The notes under the pieces were generated by a model. The model ran no database searches and had not been told where the DNA came from. It was given only the letters and a program-made list of their open reading frames with translations. A stretch of 64,000 nucleotides of DNA from an uncultured virus (IMG/VR IMGVR_UViG_3300020231_000201) (taxonomy: Duplodnaviria; Heunggongvirae; Uroviricota; Caudoviricetes): IMG/VR virus record IMGVR_UViG_3300020231_000201, one strand, 5' to 3'. This document shows positions 18,223 to 28,330 of the stretch, in pieces; position 1 is the first letter of the stretch, and each line of letters begins with the position of its first letter. The position numbers and the translations under genes are program-made.

Positions 18223-19549
18223 TTTGTGGGCAATACAATTTATCTCAATTAATGTTATTGTTTGGTTAGCTATCTATGGATCTCTTTCTATCGTTGATGA
18301 TGCGTTTGCACAAGTAGGTAATTTTGAAATCAATGTTCCACAAATTAAAGAACCGCCAAAGTGTTCAATAGTGGATATCAAAGCTGATAAAGCATACATT
18401 CCTTTTCAAATTAAATTATTCCATGATTTTTCAAGGGTAAACGATATTAGTTTTGAACAGATAGGAAATTCAATACCAACCACGAATACTTCTCCACAAG
18501 TAATGATCTTTCAAACAACTTTCGTTGATGAATACCAGGTTCATGCCGAAGTGAATTTTGATACAGATAAAGTAAGAGCCATATATATTGAAATTTGGTC
18601 ACAAAACAATCCATCATTTACAGAAACAATTGCTTTTGAAGGATTATCATTTTGTAGAACCTTCAATGTAGTAACAGCAGAAGCACCAAAAATTCCAACT
18701 AGAACAGAATTGATCGGTGAACAAGCTGAAAGAGCATTTGAAGAAATGCCACTAATTAAAAATGCAATTAACAGTAATACGGCAGCACTTAGCTCTTCAA
18801 TTATTTGGATGTTCATGGTTGTAGTTGCTGCACTAGCTGTTTCAGCAGGACAATTTTTTGCATACGTTGGTAGAAGGAGAAAAGACAGGAAACGAGGAAC
18901 TGCATTTGATAGCATGATAAAAGTAGGTTCAAAATACATAGCAGATTTCAAGAAGGAACACACAGAAATCAAGAAACAAAGATCAAATGAAAAAAAACAG
19001 ATGGATAGTTTTCTTGATATGGCAAACGTAGAATTTCGTACACTTCTTCAGGAATTGAGAAAAAATAACAATCTACCTGAAAGGGCTGGATTACAAACTG
19101 ACAATATTGGTGTTGATAATATGGAAGAAGAAGCAGAAGCAAGAAGTTTACTTAGAAAAATCTACGAATCTACTTCAGATGAGAATCTTCAAAAATTTAT
19201 GAAATTCTTTAAGGATAAAACAGGAAAACTTGCAAAACGACACCAAGAATCACTAGTTGATGAAATAACAAAGAGAGAGACTCCAATTACAGATAAAGAA
19301 ATTAAAACTCCAGATTCAATATTAGATGATGATCAATTAACAATAGAAGATGCAGATGTAGTAATTCAAGAATTTGGTAAGGAACGTTATAGAAAACTAG
19401 ATGATGATCAGTTAAGATTACTTTACAGGGCTTTTGATTCAAAGTATAGAAAAGATCCACAGCAAAAATATTCTCATAGACTTTACAAAATCAGTGAGAT
19501 TCTAAACATTCGGGCAAAAGAAAAATCTAATGGAGTTAAAAAGAAATGA
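18212..19549 (+). CDS. Type I membrane protein: signal peptide, ectodomain, TM, cytoplasmic coiled coil
   Basis: Signal ending DDAFA; TM IIWMFMVVVAALAVSAG followed by RRRKDRKR; start moved from 18158 to the ATG after AGGAG. Confidence 0.8.
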   Translation: MKNNLWAIQFISINVIVWLAIYGSLSIVDDAFAQVGNFEINVPQIKEPPKCSIVDIKADKAYIPFQIKLFHDFSRVNDISFEQIGNSIPTTNTSPQVMIFQTTFVDEYQVHAEVNFDTDKVRAIYIEIWSQNNPSFTETIAFEGLSFCRTFNVVTAEAPKIPTRTELIGEQAERAFEEMPLIKNAINSNTAALSSSIIWMFMVVVAALAVSAGQFFAYVGRRRKDRKRGTAFDSMIKVGSKYIADFKKEHTEIKKQRSNEKKQMDSFLDMANVEFRTLLQELRKNNNLPERAGLQTDNIGVDNMEEEAEARSLLRKIYESTSDENLQKFMKFFKDKTGKLAKRHQESLVDEITKRETPITDKEIKTPDSILDDDQLTIEDADVVIQEFGKERYRKLDDDQLRLLYRAFDSKYRKDPQQKYSHRLYKISEILNIRAKEKSNGVKKK

Positions 19550-19749
19550 AGTTCGAGATTGGTTGTACTAGTTGTGGGGCAATAAATCGAAGTTCAGTTC
19601 CTATTCCGTCAAAGAATGATGGAGTAGACTTTACCTGTTGGAATTGTGAAGGTATGTTACTTACGTTTTATTCAGATGAACATTTCATGGGCAAAGCAAT
19701 TCAATCTTACATAGAAAAGAGAAATCAATCAAAGGTGATTAAGAAATGA
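19546..19749 (+). CDS. Small zinc-ribbon protein
   Basis: CTSCG...CWNCE. Confidence 0.65.
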   Translation: MKFEIGCTSCGAINRSSVPIPSKNDGVDFTCWNCEGMLLTFYSDEHFMGKAIQSYIEKRNQSKVIKK

Positions 19750-20876
19750 TTTCATCTTGGGCAGTAACACTCCAAATAGTTTTAGAAGATTTATTCCCAC
19801 AAAGTAGTTCAGATTTGGGAGTTGAAGTTGCAACACCATACTTGCCCTATGTCGGATTCGCAGTACTGCTAATTATTGCATTTTTGGCTCTTAGAGTTTA
19901 CAAAAACTTTTCAGCATATCCAAATGATGATGAGGAAAGAATTGGTAAAGTGAATTTTATATGGATGGGGCATTACAAATTTACTGGAAACGTTTCAAGA
20001 TGGACAGAACCACTTGATGAAACACAGTTAGAATTTTTGGAATCAGATCCAAAATATTCAGGAGGAATCTCGAAAATTTTAGATTTGGTTCAAAAGAAAA
20101 AATTATTTGTGTATCAAATGAAAATTTCCGAATGGGATGATGCCTTTGATATTAAGGGTAAAAAAGAAGCGTGGGTTATAATTTCATCGGCAGATATAGG
20201 CCATCCAGATTACTCATGGGAAGATACTAAGGGAGAATTCAATTGGGGAACAATGCGAAAGGAGAAACCAAAGTATGTAGTTTGTTATGAGGATTCAAGA
20301 TATTTTGATGTTCCAAACATTGAAGGAAACATTATTGATGTTATGGTAATATCTCCAATTCCAAGAACAACAATAGGAGATACTGGAGTTAATAAAATTG
20401 GAATTGATGAAGAAGAATTAAGCCATGTAAGTCACACACTAAAAGTAGAAAATTTACAGGAGATGAAAGCACTTGCAAATATTATTCCATATCTAATTCC
20501 TCTTGCTGAAACTACCGATCTTATAAAATCAAAGAACATTCAGGTCCGTGAATACAGAAAACTTGTGGAAGATCGAGATAACGTAATTAACAAATTACAA
20601 AGAGATGGAGATGAAACTAGAATAGTTGCAGCAGAAAAGCCAATCATCGGAGAAGAAGCTCCACCGCTTCCAGAACCACCTGGACATCCGTGGGCTTGGT
20701 TTGCAATATTTGGAGTGGCAGCAATTATTGGTTACAAACTTCCTCCAAGTATTGCTGCACTACAAGGACTAAATCCAGATATTGTTGCAGTATTAGCTCT
20801 TGTAGTTGTAGGAGGAATCTATGCTTTGACTCACAAGAACCGATCTAATCAACAAAGTACGATGGTGGAAACATGA
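19746..20876 (+). CDS. Membrane protein (N-terminal TM, coiled coil, two C-terminal TMs)
   Basis: Hydrophobic segments and a Pro-rich linker. Confidence 0.8.
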   Translation: MISSWAVTLQIVLEDLFPQSSSDLGVEVATPYLPYVGFAVLLIIAFLALRVYKNFSAYPNDDEERIGKVNFIWMGHYKFTGNVSRWTEPLDETQLEFLESDPKYSGGISKILDLVQKKKLFVYQMKISEWDDAFDIKGKKEAWVIISSADIGHPDYSWEDTKGEFNWGTMRKEKPKYVVCYEDSRYFDVPNIEGNIIDVMVISPIPRTTIGDTGVNKIGIDEEELSHVSHTLKVENLQEMKALANIIPYLIPLAETTDLIKSKNIQVREYRKLVEDRDNVINKLQRDGDETRIVAAEKPIIGEEAPPLPEPPGHPWAWFAIFGVAAIIGYKLPPSIAALQGLNPDIVAVLALVVVGGIYALTHKNRSNQQSTMVET

Positions 20877-21262
20877 TGTCGATAGAAGATAACTCTGCAA
20901 GAGAATTTGAAAAACTTGCTCAAGAAATAATTGATAAACTTTGTGAAGAAAATTCCATTCCAAAAATCCCTGTTGAATACAATGATACACTACCACAGAT
21001 TACAGCAGTAGCGATGTTCATTCCTAGTGAATACAAAATTGAGATTACAAAACTAACTAATGGTCACGGATTAGTGCATGAGTTTGTTCATTATATTCTT
21101 GAATTACTTACACAGCAAGATTCATTAAATGAGAATTTCACCGAAAGAGCTTCACTTTATTACGAATATGAAATGAGGGATAAAAAAAGAAAAGTAGATA
21201 CTGCCATGAAAGAAAAATTTGATCGGTTAGATAAGCAACAGGAACAATTGATGAAACAATGA
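20873..21262 (+). CDS. HEXXH zinc-metallopeptidase-like protein
   Basis: GLVHEFVHY plus a downstream E (LNENFTE). Confidence 0.6.
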   Translation: MMSIEDNSAREFEKLAQEIIDKLCEENSIPKIPVEYNDTLPQITAVAMFIPSEYKIEITKLTNGHGLVHEFVHYILELLTQQDSLNENFTERASLYYEYEMRDKKRKVDTAMKEKFDRLDKQQEQLMKQ

Positions 21263-21591
21263 CTGGAAAAATTTTTGTTACAAACAGAGGTTCGATAGAA
21301 AACGGTAAAATTCTAGAAGAATTTGGAATCGTAACAGGGGCAATTGCACCTTCAAGATTCATTACTAAAGACATCATGGCAAGCATTAGAAATATTTTCG
21401 GCAGAGAAATGAAAGAGTATACAACTATGATCTATAAGGCAAGAGAAACTGCGACTGAAAGAATGATTGAAGAAGCTAGAAAACTAGATGCAAATGCAGT
21501 TGTAAATGTTAGATATATGGGAACAGGAGTTTCACAAGGTTCAGCCGAAATGATGGCGTATGGAACTGCGGTGAGGTATGAACCAACATGA
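21259..21591 (+). CDS. ybjQ: YbjQ/UPF0145 family protein
   Basis: GIVTG...DIMASIRNIFGREMKEY...ARETATERMIEEARKLDANAVVNVRY...MAYGTAV. Confidence 0.9.
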   Translation: MTGKIFVTNRGSIENGKILEEFGIVTGAIAPSRFITKDIMASIRNIFGREMKEYTTMIYKARETATERMIEEARKLDANAVVNVRYMGTGVSQGSAEMMAYGTAVRYEPT

Positions 21592-22055
21592 TCCAACCAC
21601 TTATTACAACAATGCTAATCCTTCCAATTCTAATTGGAATTTTATCTGTAGATGCCGATGGAAACAAGTTTGGAGTAAGAGATTGGCTAAAAGAAAATGT
21701 ATTATCAGATAGAGTAGTAGATGCACTACAAAGTTATATTGGCACTTATGATTATGTAGGAAACCAAACAGATCTAAATCAACCACTCCTAGATATTCCA
21801 AGTCAAGCCGATAATAGTATTGATGAATTTACTTCAAATGTTATTGATGGTGTAGTCTTTATTATTCTACAAGGGAGAGATTTTGGAATTTGGATTGGTA
21901 TGTCAATAGCACCATTTCATTATTTAATCGCAGTTGTAATGACATTTTCATTCGCATTTCCTATGATGTGGTTATACATAATTGGATTCTTTTACATAGT
22001 TATTAGTGAAAATAAGGAGATTAGGCAAGAAATTTTTAGGAGAAAAAATAAATGA
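21588..22055 (+). CDS. Membrane protein
   Basis: Several hydrophobic segments. Confidence 0.7.
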   Translation: MIQPLITTMLILPILIGILSVDADGNKFGVRDWLKENVLSDRVVDALQSYIGTYDYVGNQTDLNQPLLDIPSQADNSIDEFTSNVIDGVVFIILQGRDFGIWIGMSIAPFHYLIAVVMTFSFAFPMMWLYIIGFFYIVISENKEIRQEIFRRKNK

Positions 22056-22696
22056 GTCAAAGGGAAGTATACAAAAATGACTATACAGAAGATGAGTTAG
22101 AAAATCTCAAACACAAGAAATGTTGGTGTGGAAAACCAAGACAGGAGTTTGACAAGTTCATGCGAGTCTATTGTTGCAAGTCACACAGGGAACAATGGTA
22201 TGAACGGACTATCTCATGGACATTCTTTAGAGATAGGTATATCAAAGAACATGGAAAAAAATGTGTAAAGTGCGAAACAACACCAAACTCAATTAAAGGA
22301 AACCATGCTAAAGAGGTAAAAGATTGGTATAAGCAAATCAAATCAGAGCCAAAACTAATGGAGTTAGTAGAAGAAGAACGGATAAAAAAATTAAATGAGA
22401 TTGAAGAATCATATGGAAAAATTTTTGATGAAAACCAAATGATAGATGATACTTTTCATTATGGCTACACCAACAGAACAGAGCCAGGCGTTCCAGAATA
22501 TCCCAAAGAAGATCACTGGGCAGAGGAAAGATTTGAAGTAGATCACAAACTTGCAGTATCTCTTGGCGGAGATATGTGGGATAAGAAAAACCTACAGGTT
22601 CTCTGTGTTAAATGCCACAAGGTTAAAACTTCAGAGGATATGAAAAAACTCAAGGCAAAAAGAAGAAAATTAGTGAGGTTTGATGATAATGAATGA
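22052..22696 (+). CDS. HNH endonuclease
   Basis: CVKC...EVDHKLAVSLGG...NLQVLCVKCHKVKT; N-terminal CWCG/YCC zinc module. Confidence 0.85.
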   Translation: MSQREVYKNDYTEDELENLKHKKCWCGKPRQEFDKFMRVYCCKSHREQWYERTISWTFFRDRYIKEHGKKCVKCETTPNSIKGNHAKEVKDWYKQIKSEPKLMELVEEERIKKLNEIEESYGKIFDENQMIDDTFHYGYTNRTEPGVPEYPKEDHWAEERFEVDHKLAVSLGGDMWDKKNLQVLCVKCHKVKTSEDMKKLKAKRRKLVRFDDNE

Positions 22697-22834
22697 TGAA
22701 CAGTATTATGAAATTGAAAAGCACCTAAATGAAGGCAAACAATGGATGGAAATATACAAAATATTCTCATATTGGTTTCCAAGTTCGACAGCACTAAAGA
22801 AAAGTTTCGCAAGATACAGGCAGAGGTATAACAA

Positions 22835-23593
22835 ATGAGCTCGTTTGATGAAGCCAATATTCAGGATCTAGTCGATCAGGTAACTCAATTCCAAGACGAC
22901 TTGGAAGAAAAACAATCAGAACTTGATACGGCACAAGCAGGTATTGAGGAATTTTTGTCAACTGCAACCGATCCAAACGACTACAAAGTTACCCATAAAA
23001 TTTATCAGTACGATATAAAAAATCAGAAACAATGGTTCAAGCATACCAAGATTTTTGATTCACATCTCATGCACATTTATCCTGTGATAGAAAATCTCGT
23101 TGAAAATCTATTTACAAATACAAGGAGTGCAGCAAGAGCTCAAACTAAACCTATCAATGAAACACCACAGCCAAGTGATAACCCAAATCAACAACCAATA
23201 ATGCCACAACAAATACAGGAATCAGCCTTAGAGAAATTAAAAGGGGCATTTGGAAGAAAAACCACAATTGAGGAAGAATTAGATCCGTGGCAAGGTAATT
23301 ACGATTTGATGCAGGAGGCAAAGGCATATCCAAAGACTTGGAGAACTCTAAAAAGATTACATTCAACAAATATCATTAGAGCAAAAATATTTCCAGGTTT
23401 GGCTAGTCAGGAAAATACGAGGGATATTGAGATGTATTATCTTACTTCAAGAGTTGAATCAAGTATGGCGACAATGATAGAACGAGGAAGAACCATTCTT
23501 AGAGATAACGATACAGAAAGAGTTGCAAGAATACTTGGACAGTATTACCAAGCAAAAGAGAAACACAGATTAGATTTCACTCCTCCTCCATGA
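22835..23593 (+). CDS. Hypothetical protein with acidic N-terminal coiled coil
   Basis: 252-aa ORF with GAGGT RBS; T-tract after the stop. Confidence 0.75.
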   Translation: MSSFDEANIQDLVDQVTQFQDDLEEKQSELDTAQAGIEEFLSTATDPNDYKVTHKIYQYDIKNQKQWFKHTKIFDSHLMHIYPVIENLVENLFTNTRSAARAQTKPINETPQPSDNPNQQPIMPQQIQESALEKLKGAFGRKTTIEEELDPWQGNYDLMQEAKAYPKTWRTLKRLHSTNIIRAKIFPGLASQENTRDIEMYYLTSRVESSMATMIERGRTILRDNDTERVARILGQYYQAKEKHRLDFTPPP

Positions 23594-23704
23594 TCGGCAA
23601 TCCAAATGATTTTTTTTTGACTAATAGGTATACCTTGTTGATAAAATGCGTATTTAATGTAATAATCAGATTGAAAACGAATTGGATTGTAGAGATGTTA
23701 CCTA

Positions 23705-24631
23705 ATGGTTACATTTAGAGTAATTGATAATAAAATTCGACCAATGGGTTCTGGAGTTTCATCAAGCTCAATTGGAGCTCCTTCAAGATCAACAATTACT
23801 GGAGCTCTTCCAAAAACATCAGCACCTCTTTCTGGAGGAATTATTGGAGAAAAACACGCAATAAACAGGTTACTTGAGGGAGCTAAAAAGAAAAAAGACG
23901 AAGCAATCCAATCAATTAGAGAAACAAAAGCATCAGAACGAGCAAGAGATAATGATGTGGTCGTTGAAGAAGTTGAAATAGAAAGAAAAGAAGTGTCAGA
24001 ACAACAACAAGGTAACATCAACATACTTAAAGAAAAATTAAAAGAGATCGCAATTGGAAAAACAAAAAAACAAAAAGAAAAAAATCTTGAAAAGAAAAAA
24101 TCAATTAACGATACTCTTGATAAAATTATAGACAATAAATGGAAGGTTGATAATTTTAATATTTCAAATCCAGAAATGGCATTAGTTCTTGAAGCAAAGT
24201 TTGGTGGAAGTAAGGAAGCCATGAAAATTTTACGATTAATATCTGAAGGAGATTACAAAAAGGCAAAAAAACTACTGGAAGAAAAAAATGAAAGATTTAA
24301 CGAAGCATTTGCTGAAAAATCTAAACAGGACTCTAATGAAGCAAAGGAAGTTCTAAAAGACGTAGGATTTACTATTAACACAAGAGGATTATACATTCCT
24401 ACAGAAAAAACAAAAGAAATTGCTACTACTGAATTCAATATACCTGATCTTGATGCTGAAGAAATTGCAGAAACACAGGTATCAGTTCCGCCTAAACTTT
24501 CTCCAACAGAAGTTGCAATACTTAGCAAAACCGAATTGGGTAGAAAAAAATTAAGAGAGTGGGGCTTTGCAAAGCCAGTTGGCGCAACTCTACCATCAGG
24601 CGCAGTTCTTTCGGGGATAATAAACATATGA
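23705..24631 (+). CDS. Coiled-coil protein with leader motif B (FRVIDNKIRPM) + GVSS
   Basis: 308-aa ORF. Confidence 0.75.
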   Translation: MVTFRVIDNKIRPMGSGVSSSSIGAPSRSTITGALPKTSAPLSGGIIGEKHAINRLLEGAKKKKDEAIQSIRETKASERARDNDVVVEEVEIERKEVSEQQQGNINILKEKLKEIAIGKTKKQKEKNLEKKKSINDTLDKIIDNKWKVDNFNISNPEMALVLEAKFGGSKEAMKILRLISEGDYKKAKKLLEEKNERFNEAFAEKSKQDSNEAKEVLKDVGFTINTRGLYIPTEKTKEIATTEFNIPDLDAEEIAETQVSVPPKLSPTEVAILSKTELGRKKLREWGFAKPVGATLPSGAVLSGIINI

Positions 24632-24656
24632 CTGTTTTAAAGCGGAGTAGATCAAA

Positions 24657-25481
24657 GTGGGAATAGGATCTTTAGCCACAATCGTTATCGTCTTAGTAAT
24701 TTTCTTCTTTGGTATGTCGACTTTTACAGATGCGTTTGATGAATTCTTTAAAGAGGGAGAAGATAAAGAAGCAAACAGAGTTACTGGAAATACAGTAACA
24801 CAAGATACGGATGAAGTTTGTGACTTGCGAGTTACATTTGGTGTTGAATGGGATCTAGATCGTCAAGCCAGGTTCTCAAACCTAAACCCATTTCCAACAG
24901 CAGAACATTGGTATTCAGGTGCATGGACAAGCTCGGGTAATGAAAAAATTGTGACTTATAGTTGGTTCAACTGCAAGGAAGTCCAAGCATTATCATTTCT
25001 TGATCTATTACCAAGATTTACAACAAGTAATAAATTTCTAAGCTTATTGGGTAATTCTGCATTGAATCTAGTTACCAGTTTCCCTTCAACAGTACAATTT
25101 ACTCTTGAAGGAAAGTTATTGGATAGTGCCAGAAGTCTTATAGATAGAAACGATAATGTAAAATTTGAAGAGGATCTTAGTTTCGATTTAGATTTTGTTG
25201 ATCTTCCAGTTGAAGAAAAAGTAAGTTGGGTTGTAAGGGGAGTAAAAAGTGATGATTACCGTTTGGAAATTACCATTGATGATCGTCAAATAAATGATAT
25301 GATAACTGGAGAACCTATTTTTGTAATAATTTGTCGAGAAGGTGTTGATGTAGTATTCCAAAATAAAACATTCAAAGACGTTTGGCTATCAGCCCCACAT
25401 TTAGGCGACTTTGTATTCTTCCCAGAAGACATCACAATTCCAGTTGCAGTTGGCTGTGGGGCAGTTGGTAGTGGTGTTTGA
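24657..25481 (+). CDS. Membrane-anchored exported protein, paralog 1
   Basis: N-terminal TM; VCDL..WFNC..LIDR..DDY..IND..GEP..IC blocks shared with 25482. Confidence 0.75.
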   Translation: MGIGSLATIVIVLVIFFFGMSTFTDAFDEFFKEGEDKEANRVTGNTVTQDTDEVCDLRVTFGVEWDLDRQARFSNLNPFPTAEHWYSGAWTSSGNEKIVTYSWFNCKEVQALSFLDLLPRFTTSNKFLSLLGNSALNLVTSFPSTVQFTLEGKLLDSARSLIDRNDNVKFEEDLSFDLDFVDLPVEEKVSWVVRGVKSDDYRLEITIDDRQINDMITGEPIFVIICREGVDVVFQNKTFKDVWLSAPHLGDFVFFPEDITIPVAVGCGAVGSGV

Positions 25482-26342
25482 TTGTCATTTGAACAACAAC
25501 AACCAAGAAAAACTGGCACAGGTCTAGGAGTTGGAGTTATTCTTTTTTTCATTATGGGATTTATCATTTTTTCAGTTTACACAGATGAGGTTAATGAAAC
25601 AATTTCTGACATTCAAACCGGTGCAGAAATAGCTAGTACAATCAAAGGGTTCACCGATCTCTTACCATTGAGTCTCGCCAATGTTCCAGTTGAGGGAGAT
25701 GTAATCTGCGACCTAGATTTACAAATTCCAATTCTATTAAGCAATAGAGCATTTTTTGGTTCGACAATGGCTGATGTAATTACAGATGAACTTGGAACAA
25801 AGTTACCTGCAAACGAAATTGCCGAATTTCTTGACAAGCCAGAATTTCTTTACATACAAATTGAAAACGTGCCTAATCCAACTTTTGAATGGAAAAATTG
25901 TTTTAACGAAGGTCAACCTGGAATTGCTTCACTAATACCAATTTTCAATTCCCAATTGGCTTCTGAAAAATTAAGCCTACTTAGTTTCAGCGAAAATACA
26001 AGAACCATAAACCCAATATCCGTTGATTCGCCTGATCTCCCACTTCCATCATTTACAGAATCAAGTGATATTTCAGTTGCAATTTCTGGAAAGGATGATA
26101 GAGGATTATTTTTAATTGACAAATACAACAAAGCCGTATTTTTGAGGACCGTTGTTGTTCAAGACGGACTCACATATCCAGTATTAGAAACATTGAGATT
26201 TACAATTGAAAATACAAAAGCAGATAATTATAATATTTCCCTAACTTCAAGAAATCCAATTAACGAAAATCGTATTGGAGATCCAGTTACAATTAGAATT
26301 TGTGGATTAAATTCCGACTTAACTCAAAAAACTCAATGCTAA
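25482..26342 (+). CDS. Membrane-anchored exported protein, paralog 2
   Basis: N-terminal TM; ICDL..WKNC..LIDK..DNY..INE..GDP..IC. Confidence 0.75.
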   Translation: MSFEQQQPRKTGTGLGVGVILFFIMGFIIFSVYTDEVNETISDIQTGAEIASTIKGFTDLLPLSLANVPVEGDVICDLDLQIPILLSNRAFFGSTMADVITDELGTKLPANEIAEFLDKPEFLYIQIENVPNPTFEWKNCFNEGQPGIASLIPIFNSQLASEKLSLLSFSENTRTINPISVDSPDLPLPSFTESSDISVAISGKDDRGLFLIDKYNKAVFLRTVVVQDGLTYPVLETLRFTIENTKADNYNISLTSRNPINENRIGDPVTIRICGLNSDLTQKTQC

Positions 26343-26519
26343 TTTCTTTTATCCCACATATTATTAATTTTTGATGATGCCACTTGGTTAGAGAAATTAT
26401 TTGGATAACGTCAGTAAAATGTGTTGTTTGTGGAAAAACTGGAAAAGTTCTAGATCCAAATGATCCTGAAAAACAAATCAAATGTTTGAACTGTGGCGGT
26501 TATGGAATGATAACAACGC

Positions 26520-26960
26520 ATGGAAAAACAAAAGCTGATTAGTTTGCCAAAGCAAAGGCAAATGTGTAAGCATTGTGAAGTGTATTACGAAGAAACAAAA
26601 TATCAAGAACATATGCTAAAGGCTCATCAAGAAATTATAGAACCAAGTAAAGAAGATGATGAACAAAATTATTGGTGCTGTCCAATTCATAAAAAACCTG
26701 TTACATTTGAAAAACACTGTGAAGAATGTGGAGGATTTCTAATCATAATTAAAAGAAATGCCTTTAATGAATGGACAAATCAAATGCAAAAATTAAACGA
26801 TCATTCTCACAAATGGATTAAATCAAGGTTTAGAAAATCTTGGATCGATGCACATTGTTTGTATTGTAATGAAAAACCGCAGGATTTAGGAATACAAGAA
26901 AAATCAAATGGAATATTAATTAATTATCTAGGACAGGAGGAAATAATTGACTGTAATTAG
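26520..26960 (+). CDS. Multi-zinc-finger protein
   Basis: CKHC..H..H, CPIH..CEEC, CLYC. Confidence 0.65.
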   Translation: MEKQKLISLPKQRQMCKHCEVYYEETKYQEHMLKAHQEIIEPSKEDDEQNYWCCPIHKKPVTFEKHCEECGGFLIIIKRNAFNEWTNQMQKLNDHSHKWIKSRFRKSWIDAHCLYCNEKPQDLGIQEKSNGILINYLGQEEIIDCN

Positions 26961-27423
26961 ACGATGTATCTTTAAAGATCCAGATGAATCCCTTGCAGGT
27001 ATTCTAACTTATGAAAGAACTTTATCAGTCACAGTTTACAGAACTTCATTTACAGTATATTCTTGCATGGGAAGTAGACACCACGAATCACATCTAATTA
27101 GAATTGAATATGGTCAAGTTATGAAAAATGATTCAAAGAAGCCAAAACTAATTGCAAAACAAACAAATCCGATCCCATTAGAAAAACGAGCAAGATTATT
27201 TGGTAAAGACATCATGTATTGCCCAATTGGTAAATGTAAATTGAAACATCAGAAAATTCTTACGGAAGATCTGAATGATATCAGTCAAGATATTTACAGA
27301 TGCCCTGGTTCAGTAAAGGCAAATCATCATGGTCATTACATGAAAGTATGTCATGGCTTTTTACAAGGAAACTTTCCTGAATCACAAAAAGTAGGTATTC
27401 TAATTATAACAATAGAAAAATGA
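26947..27423 (+). CDS. Cys/His-rich hypothetical protein
   Basis: 158-aa ORF overlapping the upstream stop. Confidence 0.6.
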   Translation: MTVIRRCIFKDPDESLAGILTYERTLSVTVYRTSFTVYSCMGSRHHESHLIRIEYGQVMKNDSKKPKLIAKQTNPIPLEKRARLFGKDIMYCPIGKCKLKHQKILTEDLNDISQDIYRCPGSVKANHHGHYMKVCHGFLQGNFPESQKVGILIITIEK

Positions 27424-27452
27424 TTTAACGTCCTATGCGCACATAAGACGAT

Positions 27453-27509
27453 TTAATAGGATCTCTTTTTAGAAGATTTTTTCTTGGCTTTAGATTTTTT
27501 CTTAGCCAA
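27453..27509 (-). CDS. 18-aa Lys/Ser-rich peptide (not in ORF track)
   Basis: TTG start, MAKKKSKAKKKSSKKRSY, 6 nt downstream of the 38-aa basic peptide. Confidence 0.45.
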   Translation of the reverse strand: MAKKKSKAKKKSSKKRSY

Positions 27510-27515
27510 TTTTAT

Positions 27516-27632
27516 CTATCTTCGTTTTCTTTTTTTAGCAGCCTTCTTTCCAGCTTTACTTCTCTTAGCAGTATTTCGCTTTCGAGTTCTTGCAGCCTTT
27601 TTTCCAGCAGCCCTTTTTTTTGCACTAACCAT
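27516..27632 (-). CDS. 38-aa protamine/histone-H1-like basic peptide (not in ORF track)
   Basis: MVSAKKRAAGKKAARTRKRNTAKRSKAGKKAAKKRKRR. Confidence 0.7.
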   Translation of the reverse strand: MVSAKKRAAGKKAARTRKRNTAKRSKAGKKAAKKRKRR

Positions 27633-27847
27633 TGATTCTTCACTAGATAATTGATTTAAGTAACTTACAAGTTCACAAAATTACAGTAAAGGATCAAAGG
27701 TTGATTACTGCAATTGGTTGCCTTCATCTGCTAGAGGTATAGCAACCAACAGTCAAGTTACCCACACGACAGGAATTCACCAAAATTCCTATTCCTGTCA
27801 TTAATTTTGACAGAAATTTTTATCAATGATTCATTCTTTACTAACTT

Positions 27848-28024
27848 ATGGTCACAAAGGCCCAATTGAGAGCTATCCATGCAAATAAAAAACGCAAGTT
27901 CACTGTTAGTGGAGAAAAACTAATTCTAAGAATCAAGGAACAGAATAAAAACAAACCAAAATCAAAACAAGTGAATCCATTTGCATTGGCAACTGCAAAA
28001 GGTTATCGATTAAAGGGCAACTGA
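27848..28024 (+). CDS. 58-aa basic protein with leader motif A (not in ORF track)
   Basis: MVTKAQLRAIHANKKRK...VNPFALATAKGYRLKGN; TTTATCAAT about 20 nt upstream. Confidence 0.75.
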   Translation: MVTKAQLRAIHANKKRKFTVSGEKLILRIKEQNKNKPKSKQVNPFALATAKGYRLKGN

Positions 28025-28090
28025 CAATAAACATGGTCCACCGTTATCAGTACGGATAACTGCAATTTTCAGATCTCCAGGTGTTTGGTC

Positions 28091-28168
28091 CAACATCACC
28101 CCCCTAAGTTTCATGCAACTACACCCCCCCAAGTTTCGTGCAACTACACCCCCCCAAATTTCGTTCAA
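28091..28168. repeat. 25-bp tandem repeat x3 with oligo-C core (iteron-like)
   Basis: caacatcacccccctaagtttcatg / caactacacccccccaagtttcgtg / caactacacccccccaaatttcgtt. Confidence 0.9.
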
Positions 28169-28284
28169 GTTTAAGGCGATTTCATGCCTGTTTTAGCCTT
28201 AATTTTAGTTCACTTCCTGACACGCTTAGGCTTCCTTTTACGGTTCTCTATGTGTTCTTTTTAGCGATTTTTAATCATCTCTCA

Positions 28285-28330
28285 ACCAGCTCTTAACCAG
28301 CTCTCAAAACCAGCTCCCTATGCTAGCTCC
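28285..28330. repeat. Short direct repeats aaccagctc x3 plus a variant
   Basis: aaccagctcttaaccagctctcaaaaccagctccctatgctagctc. Confidence 0.8.

Noticed and set aside
27768..27799. Fifth copy of the 36-nt repeat (gacaggaat...attcctgtc)
   Set aside because: Shares GACAGGAAT, but has a different stem and loop and no GTTG/CAAC ends; at most a distant relative.
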